The notes under the pieces were generated by a model. That model had not been told where the DNA came from. It saw only the letters and a list, made by a program, of their open reading frames with translations, and searched no databases. Of a stretch of 64,000 nt of DNA, positions 24,803 through 34,527 are shown piece after piece; position 1 is the stretch's first letter; every line of letters starts with the position of its first letter. A program made the translations under genes and the position numbers. The stretch is from an uncultured Thermotogae bacterium (GTDB lineage: Bacteria; Bipolaricaulota; Bipolaricaulia; RBG-16-55-9; JAJCYT01), in assembly GCA_964572855.1 (NCBI GenBank), contig CAZNGF010000003.1:81-64080 (forward strand). Direction: 5' to 3'.

Positions 24803-25633
24803 CTATTCCCCCTTGCCGCGGTTCAGGGCGCCCTCGCCGGCCAGGTTGAGCCCCAGCGAGACCACGAAGATCGCCAGTCCAGGATAAATTGACATCCAGA
24901 CCGCATAGTGCATAAAGCCGATGCCGTCGCGCAACAGCAGGCCCAGCGAGGGCTGCGGTGGCTGGACGCCCAGGCCGAGGAACGACAGCGCCGAGATCGC
25001 CAGGATGGCAAAGCTCGCCTGCAAGAGCGCCTGGGCCGAGAGGATCGGCAGGCTGTTGGGCAGGACGTGGCGGAAGAGTGTGGCGAGGCCCGAGCGTCCC
25101 ATGGCCCGTGCGGCCAGGACGTACTCCTCGTTCTTGAGCGCCAGCGTCTGGCCGCGCGCCACGCGGGCGAAGATGGGGGCGTAGACGAACCCGATGATGA
25201 GCACGACGTTGCGCATGTTCGGGCCCAGCGCGGCGATGATCGCGATGGCCAGCAGGATGACCGGGAAAGCCATGACGATGTCGAGCACCCGCATGATGAC
25301 GTTGTCGACCACGTTGCCGTAGAACCCCGAGATCAGCCCCAGCGGCACGCCCAGCGTCAACGACATGACCAGCGCCGCGGCCGTGATGGCCAGGTCCGTG
25401 CGGTAGGCGTGCACGACGCGGGCGAACAGGTCGCGCCCGTAGCTGTCCGTGCCGAACCAGTGCGCGGGGCTCGCGCCCTGAAACGACTCGGTCACGGACA
25501 TCGAAAGCGGGTTGTATCCGCCCAGGACGGGGTAGAGCGTGATCACAACCACCACGGCCAACAGGATCAGCAGCCCGGCGGCCGTCATCTTGTTGCGGCG
25601 TGCGGCCCGCAGCAGTCGCTTGAGCCAGCGCAT
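24803..25633 (-). CDS. Peptide/nickel ABC permease (DppC-like)
   Basis: HWFGTDSYGRD, EYVLAARAMG, RHVLPN, LSFLGLGVQPP. Confidence 0.92.
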   Translation of the reverse strand: MRWLKRLLRAARRNKMTAAGLLILLAVVVVITLYPVLGGYNPLSMSVTESFQGASPAHWFGTDSYGRDLFARVVHAYRTDLAITAAALVMSLTLGVPLGLISGFYGNVVDNVIMRVLDIVMAFPVILLAIAIIAALGPNMRNVVLIIGFVYAPIFARVARGQTLALKNEEYVLAARAMGRSGLATLFRHVLPNSLPILSAQALLQASFAILAISALSFLGLGVQPPQPSLGLLLRDGIGFMHYAVWMSIYPGLAIFVVSLGLNLAGEGALNRGKGE

Positions 25634-25635
25634 GC

Positions 25636-26823
25636 TCAAAAGCACGAGATCCCGTCGAGCCGCTCGCCGGATTTCATGACCAAGTGGATATCGGTCATGC
25701 GTTCCACGTCCTCCAGCGGGTTTCCCCGCACCGAGATCACGTCCGCGCGCTTGCCGGCCTCAAGCGAGCCCGTTTCGGCCTCGACCCCGCAGACGCGCGC
25801 GCCGTTGAGCGTGGCGGCCGTGAGGGCGGCCAGGGGCGTGGCGCCGTACTCGACCAGCTTGGCGATCTCGAAGGCCATCGCCCCGTGCACGCTGTCGGTC
25901 CCGACGGCCAGGTTCACGCCCGAGGCCACGGCGCGCTTCATGTTGGCGCCCGTGGTGCGGCGCGCGTCTTCGAGCTTGGCGCGGATGGCCGGCACGGCCC
26001 CGTCGGCGCGCTCGATGCCGTCCTCGTGGTAGAGGATGGCCTGCGTGCTCACCAGCCAGGTGCCCTTGTCGATCATGATGGCCAAGTCCTCGGCCGTCAC
26101 GCCGCTGCCGTGCTCGATGGTGTCGATGCCCGCCTCCAGGCACATGCGCAGTCCCCGCCCGCCGATGGCGTGGGCCGCGACGCGACGGCCGTTGCGGTGG
26201 GCCTCGTCGACCGCGGCTGCCAGCTCCTCGTACGTGTAGCCGCAGAAGTCGACGCTGGTGTCCTTCGAGCTCACGCCTCCCGTCGCAAACACCTTGATGA
26301 GGTCGGCGCCGGCCTTGACGTTCTCGCGCACGCGCTTGCGCACGGCCTCAACGCCGTCGGTGAGCGTGAGCGCCGCGCCGTGGCCATGGGTTGAGACGAT
26401 GGCCCGCGTGCTGATCAACAAATGCGGTCCCGGAATCCGGCCCGCTTCAATCGCGCGCTTGATCTCGACGTCGATGAAATGTTCTTCGGCCATGACGCGC
26501 ATGGTCGTGACGCCGCTTTTGAGGTCCGTGCGCAAATTGCCCACCGCGCGCAGGATCTGCGGTGCGGGGCCCTGCTTGAGCTGGCCCAACTGGTCGCCCT
26601 CGCCGGGGATGACCGAGAGGTGGCTGTGGCTGTCGATCAGGCCCGGCAGCAGCGTCTCGCCCGGCAGCTCCAGCACGTCGACCTCGGCGTCGCCCACGTG
26701 TGCGCGTGCGCCGGCCCAGTCGCCCGCGTAGCTTAATCGATCGCCTTCGACCACGACCGCGCCGTCGGCGACCGCCTCCGCACCCGTCCCGTCGATGAGC
26801 CGGTCGGCCCGGATGATCCGCAT
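25636..26823 (-). CDS. Metal-dependent amidohydrolase (Xaa-Pro dipeptidase-like)
   Basis: LPGLIDSHSH, GADLIKV, VAAHA, TIEHG, VGTDS, GSLEAGKRAD. Confidence 0.9.
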   Translation of the reverse strand: MRIIRADRLIDGTGAEAVADGAVVVEGDRLSYAGDWAGARAHVGDAEVDVLELPGETLLPGLIDSHSHLSVIPGEGDQLGQLKQGPAPQILRAVGNLRTDLKSGVTTMRVMAEEHFIDVEIKRAIEAGRIPGPHLLISTRAIVSTHGHGAALTLTDGVEAVRKRVRENVKAGADLIKVFATGGVSSKDTSVDFCGYTYEELAAAVDEAHRNGRRVAAHAIGGRGLRMCLEAGIDTIEHGSGVTAEDLAIMIDKGTWLVSTQAILYHEDGIERADGAVPAIRAKLEDARRTTGANMKRAVASGVNLAVGTDSVHGAMAFEIAKLVEYGATPLAALTAATLNGARVCGVEAETGSLEAGKRADVISVRGNPLEDVERMTDIHLVMKSGERLDGISCF

Positions 26824-27467
26824 CAGCTCAGCAGCGACTGGGCGGTGTGCAGCGCCGCCGACAGCGGGTTGACGATCCGCACGCCCGCTAACTCCCCGAT
26901 ACCGCGTTCGGCCAGCAGGAAGGCGTAGCTCATGCAGCCGGGCACGACCGCGTCAGCTCCCATCTTCGCCAGTGCGGACTCGAAGCGCGCCAGCGCCCCG
27001 TCGGGGTCGCGGACGATCTCCAGCACGCCGACCTCGACCGCGCCGATGCCGTCGACGTGCTCTGCAAAGCCCAGGCAGCGCACCTGTTCCTCCAGGATCG
27101 GGACGACCTCCTGGTTGATGGTCAGGATCGAAAACGTCCCGAACCCGGCCGCGGCGGTGGCGAACGAGGCGCGTACCGGTCCTACCACGGGAACGCCGGC
27201 GGTCTGCCGTACCGGCGCGATCCCTAAGTCGCTGTAGCACCCGATCACGAAGCCGTCGACTCGGTCGCGCGTCCGCTCGACCAGCCGGACCAAGTGCGGC
27301 ACGGCGTTCCGCTCGTCTTCGGGCGACTCGATCGAGGGCGGTCCGTCGTCGACCTCCAGTAACGCGACGCGCGCGCCGTTGAGGGCCAGTTCGTTCAGGA
27401 TTCGCGTCCGCCTTTCCCGTTCCGCCTCGTCCAGGCCCGTGCCCGGAATCAGGTAGCCAATGGTCAT
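26823..27467 (-). CDS. Asp/Glu/hydantoin racemase family (AroM-like)
   Basis: GPPSIES, two catalytic-position cysteines in IGCYSDLG and VPGCMS, IVNP. Confidence 0.85.
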   Translation of the reverse strand: MTIGYLIPGTGLDEAERERRTRILNELALNGARVALLEVDDGPPSIESPEDERNAVPHLVRLVERTRDRVDGFVIGCYSDLGIAPVRQTAGVPVVGPVRASFATAAAGFGTFSILTINQEVVPILEEQVRCLGFAEHVDGIGAVEVGVLEIVRDPDGALARFESALAKMGADAVVPGCMSYAFLLAERGIGELAGVRIVNPLSAALHTAQSLLS

Positions 27468-27511
27468 GGATGCTCCTTTGGTTTAAGTGCCGTTCCGGTC
27501 TCCGGTTTCCT

Positions 27512-29218
27512 TCAAGCCTGCAAACTCGGTGCCAGTCCCCGCTCGCGCGCCAGCGCCATCCGGATCGCGTCGGCATGGCCTTCCAAAATCAACTGTACCG
27601 ACAGGAACACGCTCACCGCGGACAGGTACGTTCCCGCCGCCAAGTAGTACGGGTTCTTGTCGAAGTGCTGGTAGGGCTGGACGGGGAGGTCCGGCGCGTC
27701 TGCGTCCACGCCGTTCAAAGCCAAGTCGACCAACGCCCCGGCTCCGCGCAGGAGCGCGCGCAGGCCCTGGTAGCCCGCGTCCTGGCCCCAGGCGATGGGG
27801 CGCTCGTAGTGAAGCGCGGCCCGCAGCGGGGCGAGCGTATGCGGGTCGGCCCGCGCGCCGAGCGCGATCAACTCGTCGATTGTCTCGTCGAGGCGTTCGG
27901 CCACGCCCGGCAGCGCGCGCAAGGATTCGTCCCAGACTCGCTCGGGGGGCAACCCCATGATCGACAGGCTGTAGCGCGGGTCGAGCCACCACGGATTCTC
28001 GACCCCGGCGGCGCGCTCGCGCAAGCGATCGAATTTCTCCAAAACCTCAGCGGCCTGGCATTTGAGCGCCTTCAGGTCGGCGTCGAGCGCGAGGGACTCG
28101 GTCCGCTCGCCCAGGGGCGGTAGCGCCCGGCGGCCGGCCGCCGTTTCGGCGCCGAGCTCGCGGTGGCTGCCGGCCTGCCAGAAGAGCGCGTTGGCCAGCA
28201 TGCGCGCGGCCACGCCCCACTCGGTGAGCGTGGCGGCGTCCGCGCCGAACTCGGGGTGCGAGCCGAACAGCACGACCCGTCCCAGGCCCAGGTGCCCCGC
28301 AACGACGACGCCCTTGCCCTCGCGCGCGCCGCGGGCGGCCAGCGTCTGCTCCGGCGGTACGTCGACCGGCGCCAGGAAGTGTTCCGAGGGCGTGAAGCGC
28401 TCCGTCAGGCCGTCGAGCGAGGCCAGCGGGATCATGGCCGATGCCCCCTCGAGCGGCGGGTCGGCCGGCTCGAATAGCGGCCCGTTGTAGTGCGTGAGCT
28501 CGAACGTCTCGGGCAGGCCAGCCATCACCGGGTGCTCGGGGTTGGCGTTTCGCACGTGCCAGACGCCCACGCCGGGGGATTCCAGCCCGACCCATTCCTT
28601 GCCCTCGCAGTTCCAGACGCGCGCGCGAATCAGGTTCATGCAGCGCTTGGCCGGGCAGGTGTCGGTGAACGCCTCGGGCGCGACGGCCGCGTCGTACGAG
28701 CCCGCACACGAGCTCAAGTACAGCCCGCCGCGCCGCACGAACGCGACCACTTGTTCGGCCCCGGCCTCGCCCAGCGGGTTGAGCTGGCCGTGCATGGCCT
28801 GCCAGCCGCCGCCTGGGAATACCAGCGCGTCGAATCCTTCCAGAAACCCCTCGCGGATGTGTTGGTCCGTGACGAACGCGCAGTCGAATCCCAACCGGCT
28901 CAGCAGCGCCATGTGGTGAAACGGCGCCCCGCCGCCGCCGTAGAGCGCCACGCGCAGCCGGGAAAGCCGCATAAGCCGCCCGGCCGGCGGGCGGGCCAGC
29001 GGGGTGGTCGAGACGTCGTGGTGCGCCAGCGCGCTTTGCGCGTCCGTGTCCAGTTCGGCCACGAACGCTCCCGTCGGGAGCGCGTGTCCTTCCGTGTCGA
29101 TCGATTCCAGCGCCTCGTACACCGCGACGTCGCGGGCCAACAGGTCGTTGACGGCGCGACAAGCGGCCTCCCAGCGCTCGGTGTCGGCGGTCCAGGTGGT
29201 CCAGCGTGTCATGGGCAT
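27512..29218 (-). CDS. Class I glutamine amidotransferase-like (BPL_N-type) hydrolase with extra N- and C-terminal regions
   Basis: LVFPGGG, FVRRGGLYLSSCAGSY (nucleophile Cys), LFGSHPEF (His-x-Glu). Start reset to 29218 (MPMTRW), after the upstream stop. Confidence 0.7.
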   Translation of the reverse strand: MPMTRWTTWTADTERWEAACRAVNDLLARDVAVYEALESIDTEGHALPTGAFVAELDTDAQSALAHHDVSTTPLARPPAGRLMRLSRLRVALYGGGGAPFHHMALLSRLGFDCAFVTDQHIREGFLEGFDALVFPGGGWQAMHGQLNPLGEAGAEQVVAFVRRGGLYLSSCAGSYDAAVAPEAFTDTCPAKRCMNLIRARVWNCEGKEWVGLESPGVGVWHVRNANPEHPVMAGLPETFELTHYNGPLFEPADPPLEGASAMIPLASLDGLTERFTPSEHFLAPVDVPPEQTLAARGAREGKGVVVAGHLGLGRVVLFGSHPEFGADAATLTEWGVAARMLANALFWQAGSHRELGAETAAGRRALPPLGERTESLALDADLKALKCQAAEVLEKFDRLRERAAGVENPWWLDPRYSLSIMGLPPERVWDESLRALPGVAERLDETIDELIALGARADPHTLAPLRAALHYERPIAWGQDAGYQGLRALLRGAGALVDLALNGVDADAPDLPVQPYQHFDKNPYYLAAGTYLSAVSVFLSVQLILEGHADAIRMALARERGLAPSLQA

Positions 29219-29225
29219 CCCCCTT

Positions 29226-30050
29226 TTAGAACTCGTCCAAGAACGCGCGCACCGCGTCCACGAACGCGACGTTCTCCTCCAGTTGCGGCGAGTGGCCGCT
29301 GCGCTCGAACACGACCAGGCGCGCGTTGGGGATGCGCTCGGCCAGGAGCTCGGCGGCCTCGGGTGGCGTGATCCAGTCGTGCCGGCCCACGGCAATCAGT
29401 GTCGGGACGCGGATCTCGCCCAAACGCTCCGTCAGGTCGTAGCGGGCGAATTCGTTGGAAAACATCGCGTTGTGCGTCTCAAAGCGGAAGCGCGGCTCGT
29501 CACCCCCCTCGGGCGGCTCCCCCGCCCAGTAGAGCGGCGCGATCCGTTCGAAGATGGCTTTGAAGTCCGCGTTGCTTTCGACCGTTCCCGCGAACATGCG
29601 GTCCAGCATGGCCTCGGTGAGTCCCGGCGCCCGGTCCAATTGGGAAAGGGCGTTGGCCTTGGCTTGGCCCACGAAGCGGTTGCTGGGCGCGGTGTCGCGC
29701 AGGATCAGGTGTGTCAGGCGCTCGGGGTGCTCCAGCGCGTACAGCAGCGCGATGAAGCCGCCGTATGACCCGCCGTAGAGGGCCATGCGCCCGAGCCCGA
29801 GTGCCGTCCGTACGCCCTCGGCGTCGGCGACGTACTGGGCGTTGCTGAAGGGCGGCGTCGCGCTGGCGCGCCCGCAGCCGCGCTGGTCGTAGGCCACCAC
29901 GCGGTAGGCGTCGGCCAGCGGGCCGAGCGCCTTGAGTTCGTTGCGGTGGTCGGCGATGCCCGGCCCGCCGTGCAGGGCCAGCAGCGCGGGAGCGTGTTCG
30001 TCGCCGGCCGAATTGCAGTGCAGTTCGGCCCCGTTGATCGACAGGTTCAC
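29226..30050 (-). CDS. Alpha/beta hydrolase (proline iminopeptidase-like)
   Basis: LHGGPG, YDQRGCG, GGSYGG, GRHDWI, SGHSP. Confidence 0.88.
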   Translation of the reverse strand: MNLSINGAELHCNSAGDEHAPALLALHGGPGIADHRNELKALGPLADAYRVVAYDQRGCGRASATPPFSNAQYVADAEGVRTALGLGRMALYGGSYGGFIALLYALEHPERLTHLILRDTAPSNRFVGQAKANALSQLDRAPGLTEAMLDRMFAGTVESNADFKAIFERIAPLYWAGEPPEGGDEPRFRFETHNAMFSNEFARYDLTERLGEIRVPTLIAVGRHDWITPPEAAELLAERIPNARLVVFERSGHSPQLEENVAFVDAVRAFLDEF

Positions 30051-30060
30051 GCGGCTCCTT

Positions 30061-30999
30061 TCAGTCGTATTTGATCCTCGGGTCGAGGTAGGCGTACAGC
30101 ACGTCGGTGACGAAGTTGATCAGCACGAACCAGAGCGTGAGGATCAGCGTCACGGCCTGCACGACGGGATAGTCTTTGACCACGGCGCTCTCCAGGATGA
30201 GCTGGCCCAGCCCCGGCAACGCGAAGATCGACTCGATGATGATCGCCCCGCCCAACAGATAGCCGAACTGGAGCCCGACGATGGTGACAATCGGGATGAG
30301 CGCGTTTTTGAACGCATGGGTGAAGATGACCCGAATGTGTCCCAGCCCCAGCGCCCGCATGGTCCGAATGTAGGGCTTTTTGATGACCTCCAGCATGCTC
30401 GTGCGCGTGATGCGCATGGTCACCGAGGTCATGGGCAGTGCCAGCGCCAGCACGGGCATGACCATGTAGAGCAGGTGCGCCCCCCACCCTTCCGAGGGGA
30501 AGACGTAGGTCCCGATGGGCAGCCAGCGCAGCTCGACCGAGAACAGGATGATGAGCAGGATACCCACCCAAAACTGCGGCATGGACAGCCCCACGATGCT
30601 GAACAGGATGAAGCCGAAGTCGAGCCGGCGAAACACCGTGATCAGCACGCCCAACGGGACGGCCACCAGCACCGACACCAGACTGGCCAGCGCCACAAGC
30701 TCGAGGCTCACGGGCAAGGCCACGCGCAGGCGATCGCTCACGGGGTTGCGCGTCTGAATGGAAATCCCGAAGTCCCCGCGCAGCACGCCTCCGAGCCAGC
30801 CGACGTACTGCACGTGCAGCGGCTGGTCCAGGCCGAGCTGCTGCGTGACGCGTTCGGTGAGCTCGGGCGTGGCCATGATACCCAGCGAGGCGCGCACGGG
30901 GTCGCCCGGCACGATGTGGATCAGCAGGAAGACCAGCAGCGAGGCCCCCAGCGCGACGAAGGCCGTCAGGATGAGGCGGTCCAACAGGAACTTAAGCAC
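30061..30999 (-). CDS. Peptide/nickel ABC permease (DppB-like)
   Basis: VPGDP, LGLDQP...QY, GDFGIS, HAFKNA, ESIFALPGLG, DYPVVQ. Confidence 0.92.
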   Translation of the reverse strand: MLKFLLDRLILTAFVALGASLLVFLLIHIVPGDPVRASLGIMATPELTERVTQQLGLDQPLHVQYVGWLGGVLRGDFGISIQTRNPVSDRLRVALPVSLELVALASLVSVLVAVPLGVLITVFRRLDFGFILFSIVGLSMPQFWVGILLIILFSVELRWLPIGTYVFPSEGWGAHLLYMVMPVLALALPMTSVTMRITRTSMLEVIKKPYIRTMRALGLGHIRVIFTHAFKNALIPIVTIVGLQFGYLLGGAIIIESIFALPGLGQLILESAVVKDYPVVQAVTLILTLWFVLINFVTDVLYAYLDPRIKYD

Positions 31000-31024
31000 G
31001 GTTCACCCCGGTTGAAACGGAACG

Positions 31025-31065
31025 AAAACGCCGCGGGGGCGCGAGAGAGCCCACCCCCGCGGCGT
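31025..31065 (-). terminator. Hairpin/terminator after the SBP gene
   Basis: AAAACGCCGCGGGG...CCCCGCGGCGT; U-tract on the minus strand. Confidence 0.55.
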
Positions 31066-31082
31066 CATCGCGGTGGACGTCG

Positions 31083-32711
31083 TCAAGCCAGCCAGACCTG
31101 CTCGAAGAACGTCTCCTGGTTGAGCAGCGGCTGGAAGCCCATCACGTTGTCGACCATCGCGTACGGCACCTCCTGCCAGGCGTAGAAGTACTTGGGCACC
31201 TGCGGGAGGATGACGTCGCGGTAGAGCTCCTCGTAGATGGCCTTGCGCTGGGCGGAGGGCAGCGTCGTGCGCCCCGCGTCCAGCAGCCGATTGGTCTCTT
31301 CGTCGTCCCAGAGTCCCTCGTTGAAGAAGGCGCCGCGGGCCAGCACGGGCGAGAGCCCCTGGTCGTGGTCGTAGAAACCGCTGAACGGCTCGAGCTGAAT
31401 GCCGAAATCGGCTTCCGGACCCAGAATGTGCGAGAACCGCTCGGCCGTCTGGACCTGACGGATATCGAGGTTGAGCCCGATCTGCGCCAGCTGTTCCTTG
31501 AACACCTCGGCCGAGCGGATCACGTCGGCCGCGCCCAGCGCCACCCAGGTCGTGAAGGTGAACCCGTCGGGGATGCCCGCCTCGTCGAGCAGCTCGCGCG
31601 CCCGGTTGAGGTTGGGCTGCAAGGCGTACGGGTTTTCCACGTCCAGCGAGGGCGGGAAGTCCACCACGTCGGCGTTGATGATCTGGCCGTTGGAGTTTTG
31701 CGCCTGCTGGAACAGGGCGACGTCGATGAGCACCTGCGGGTCGAGCGCCCAGGTGATGGCTTGGCGCAGCTTCGCGTTGTCGAACGGCGCGCGCTGGGTG
31801 TTGAACGACAAGAACCACTGGAAGCCGCCCGGCGGCGTCTTCGAGGCCTTGAAGCCGGGCTCCTGGTTGACCACGTCGATCAGGCTCAGCGGGACGCGCG
31901 AGATCCAGTCGAAGCCGCCGGACTCCAGCGCGCGCACGCGGGCGAAGTCGTCCGACAGGATGTTCCATTCGATGCGGTCCAGGTACGGCAGGTCGGGCTT
32001 GAAGTAGTCCTCGAACCGCTCCATGATCACGCGGTTGCCGGGGATGTACTCCAGCATGCGGAACGGGCCCGTGCCGATGGGGTCGTTGACGTAGTCGTGT
32101 CCCTCCAGGTCGGCTTTTTTGTTGACGATGCCGCTGAAGCCCGCCAGCGCGGCCAGCAGCGGGGCGAAGGGCTGGTCCCCGCCGGGGAACACCACGGTGC
32201 GCGGGTCCGGTGCCTGCACCTCCTTGCCCACCAGGCCGAGCAGCACGACGATGAGCGAGTGCCCCTGTGAGGGGTCGGTGGCCGTGTTGAAGGTGTGGGC
32301 CACGTCCTCGGCGGTCAGGACCTCGCCGTTGTGGAAGCGCACGCCCTCGTGCAGCCGGAAGGTGAGCGTTCCGTCCTCGGCCTGTTCCCAGGACTCGGCC
32401 AGGTCACCCACGATCTTGAGCTGTGACCCGTCGAGCTCGAAACGGACCAGCTTGTTGTAGAAGTTGTACCCGATCTGGAACGAGGTGATGGCCGAGACGT
32501 TGCGCCCGTCGAAGGACAACGGGTTCTGGCCGATGGAGATGCGCAGCGTCCCGCCCCGCTTCGGTGCGGCGCCCGTCTCCTGCGCCAGCGCCTTCCAACC
32601 CGTCCACGGCGCCAGCGCGCCGCCCGCCAGGGCCACGCCGGCGTACTTGAGAAACTCTCTGCGATAGAAACCCGTCCGGTAATCCGCGACTACCAGTTCG
32701 CGTTGCTTCAC
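31083..32711 (-). CDS. Peptide ABC substrate-binding protein (family 5), Tat signal
   Basis: RREFLK twin-arginine, GGTLRI, LAESWE, FRLHEGVRFHNG, PIGTGPF, PFDNAKLRQAI. GTG at 32711 with AAGGAGG. Confidence 0.92.
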   Translation of the reverse strand: MKQRELVVADYRTGFYRREFLKYAGVALAGGALAPWTGWKALAQETGAAPKRGGTLRISIGQNPLSFDGRNVSAITSFQIGYNFYNKLVRFELDGSQLKIVGDLAESWEQAEDGTLTFRLHEGVRFHNGEVLTAEDVAHTFNTATDPSQGHSLIVVLLGLVGKEVQAPDPRTVVFPGGDQPFAPLLAALAGFSGIVNKKADLEGHDYVNDPIGTGPFRMLEYIPGNRVIMERFEDYFKPDLPYLDRIEWNILSDDFARVRALESGGFDWISRVPLSLIDVVNQEPGFKASKTPPGGFQWFLSFNTQRAPFDNAKLRQAITWALDPQVLIDVALFQQAQNSNGQIINADVVDFPPSLDVENPYALQPNLNRARELLDEAGIPDGFTFTTWVALGAADVIRSAEVFKEQLAQIGLNLDIRQVQTAERFSHILGPEADFGIQLEPFSGFYDHDQGLSPVLARGAFFNEGLWDDEETNRLLDAGRTTLPSAQRKAIYEELYRDVILPQVPKYFYAWQEVPYAMVDNVMGFQPLLNQETFFEQVWLA

Positions 32712-32772
32712 AACAACCTCCTTTGGGTGATGGACGCTTTGCTCAAATGCGCGTTTTGCTCCCCTCCTTTCC

Positions 32773-34527
32773 CTAAGCCGATGAGGATTGTTCCAGTTGG
32801 ATGCGCGCGCGGCGCACGGCCCCCGCGACGCCGTTGAGGGCTTGCCGCAGGTCCACTTGGGCGAAGCGCTTTTCATCGTCGTGCAAGCCCTCCAGCGCCT
32901 TGGCCTGCGCCAGCGCCGGCAGCGCCGGACGCGGCATGGCCGGGTCGTGCTGGAAGCGGGGCGACGTCGTGTGATCGAGCGGGACCAAATCTCGGCTCAG
33001 CGCCAGCAGCGCGGCGTTGGCCGCCGCCGGATTCATCCCCTCCAGCCCGTCGTAGAAGCGTTCCAACGCGCCGCTGAGTCGATCGAACTCGCCCTCGGCG
33101 CGGGCGAAGTCCAGTTCGACGCCGGCACCCGCGGCGGCCGCCTTGTACTCGGCCAGTGCGTCCGTCATGCGCGCGACGGTCACGCGGTAGTCGAAGGGGT
33201 AGACCTCGCAGTTGAGCGCGCGCCGCAGCGAGACCGCGTAGACCTTGAGGTCGCGCAGCAGGTTGTCGCGGTCGGCGATCTCGAGCGTGTCGGCCTCGGT
33301 GTGCCACTCGACGTTCCCGCCGCACCCGCCCACGGGGTAGAGCCCGCGGCGCCGCTTCTCCTCGGCGGGGATGGTGGACAGCAGCATGTAGAAGCTGCTC
33401 ACGCCGATGTTGTTGAAGCTGTAGTCGCCGGCGCGCAAGGGGCGCATGAAGCTGGCCTCCTGGCCCGAGACGTCGCGGATGGCCCGCGCGCAGAAGCCTT
33501 CGGCCTCGGGCATGACCAGCACGTCCTCGTAGGCCGTGGCCCAGCGGCAGCCGGGCGAGTCGACGTTGACCTGGGCGATGCAGTGCTGGTCGATTTCCTG
33601 GGCGAATTCGTCGGCGTACCAGGCCGAGCCCGCGTAGCGCCCGGTGGAGTGGCCCGGCCACCAGCAGAGCTTGAGCGCCCGCTTGAGCCCACCCGCCTGC
33701 TGAAAGACACGCGCCAGCTCCAGCAGCGTCGCGTTGCCCACGGCGTTGTCGCCGATCCCCACGCCCCAGGAGTCCACGTGCCCATGGGCGAGCACGAACT
33801 CGTCGGATTCGCCGCCGCCCACGGTGGCCTCCAGTACGGGCAGGGGTTTCCACCCCTCGTCGAGTTCCGTGCTGAGCGCGACGCGCACCGCCCCAGCCTG
33901 GCAGGCTTCGGCCAGTGCCTTCCCGTCGGGGTTGTTCACCGAGAGGATCGGGGTTTTCGGGAGTTCCTTGCGGTTCTCCAGCCCCGGCGAGCCCCACACC
34001 GGCGAGGCCATGCTGTCGTGAATCCGCTTGCCGGGGTTGATGTAGATCTGCGCGACGGCGCCAGCACGCTCCAACGCGTCGATTTTGCTGGGGAGGGCGA
34101 AGCCCTCGCAGAGCGCGATCTTGCCCCGCACGTCGCCGCCGCCCACGTTGACGTCGAAGAAATCGTCCAGCCCCTTGGCCTGCCCGCCGCCGGTGTAGAC
34201 GAGCTCACCCTCGCGTCCCGCGGGCCCGGTCGAGGCCGAGAAGCTCACGGACTTGACCCGGACCTCGTGTGGCTCGGGCGCGGTGACGCGCAGGCTCGCG
34301 GCCTTGGGGACGCTGATGTAGAGCGTGGGCTCGAAACGCTTGTACGGCACGCCGAACGCCTTCAAACGCCCTTCCAGGAAGTCGAACGCGCGACGCTCGT
34401 CCTCCGAGCCCGACTCGCGCACGAGCCCGTTGAACGTCTCGAGCAGCGCCCAGGGCTCCTCGATCGACATTTGCTCCAGCAGCTCCCGCTCGGCCGTGGG
34501 GTCCACGGCGCCGTGCAACGCGTTCAT
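32773..34527 (-). CDS. M28 family peptidase with PA domain
   Basis: HGHVDSW, IGDNAVG, WWPGHSTGRYAGS, NVDSPG, WHTEAD; ATG 34527 overlaps the GntR stop. Confidence 0.85.
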   Translation of the reverse strand: MNALHGAVDPTAERELLEQMSIEEPWALLETFNGLVRESGSEDERRAFDFLEGRLKAFGVPYKRFEPTLYISVPKAASLRVTAPEPHEVRVKSVSFSASTGPAGREGELVYTGGGQAKGLDDFFDVNVGGGDVRGKIALCEGFALPSKIDALERAGAVAQIYINPGKRIHDSMASPVWGSPGLENRKELPKTPILSVNNPDGKALAEACQAGAVRVALSTELDEGWKPLPVLEATVGGGESDEFVLAHGHVDSWGVGIGDNAVGNATLLELARVFQQAGGLKRALKLCWWPGHSTGRYAGSAWYADEFAQEIDQHCIAQVNVDSPGCRWATAYEDVLVMPEAEGFCARAIRDVSGQEASFMRPLRAGDYSFNNIGVSSFYMLLSTIPAEEKRRRGLYPVGGCGGNVEWHTEADTLEIADRDNLLRDLKVYAVSLRRALNCEVYPFDYRVTVARMTDALAEYKAAAAGAGVELDFARAEGEFDRLSGALERFYDGLEGMNPAAANAALLALSRDLVPLDHTTSPRFQHDPAMPRPALPALAQAKALEGLHDDEKRFAQVDLRQALNGVAGAVRRARIQLEQSSSA

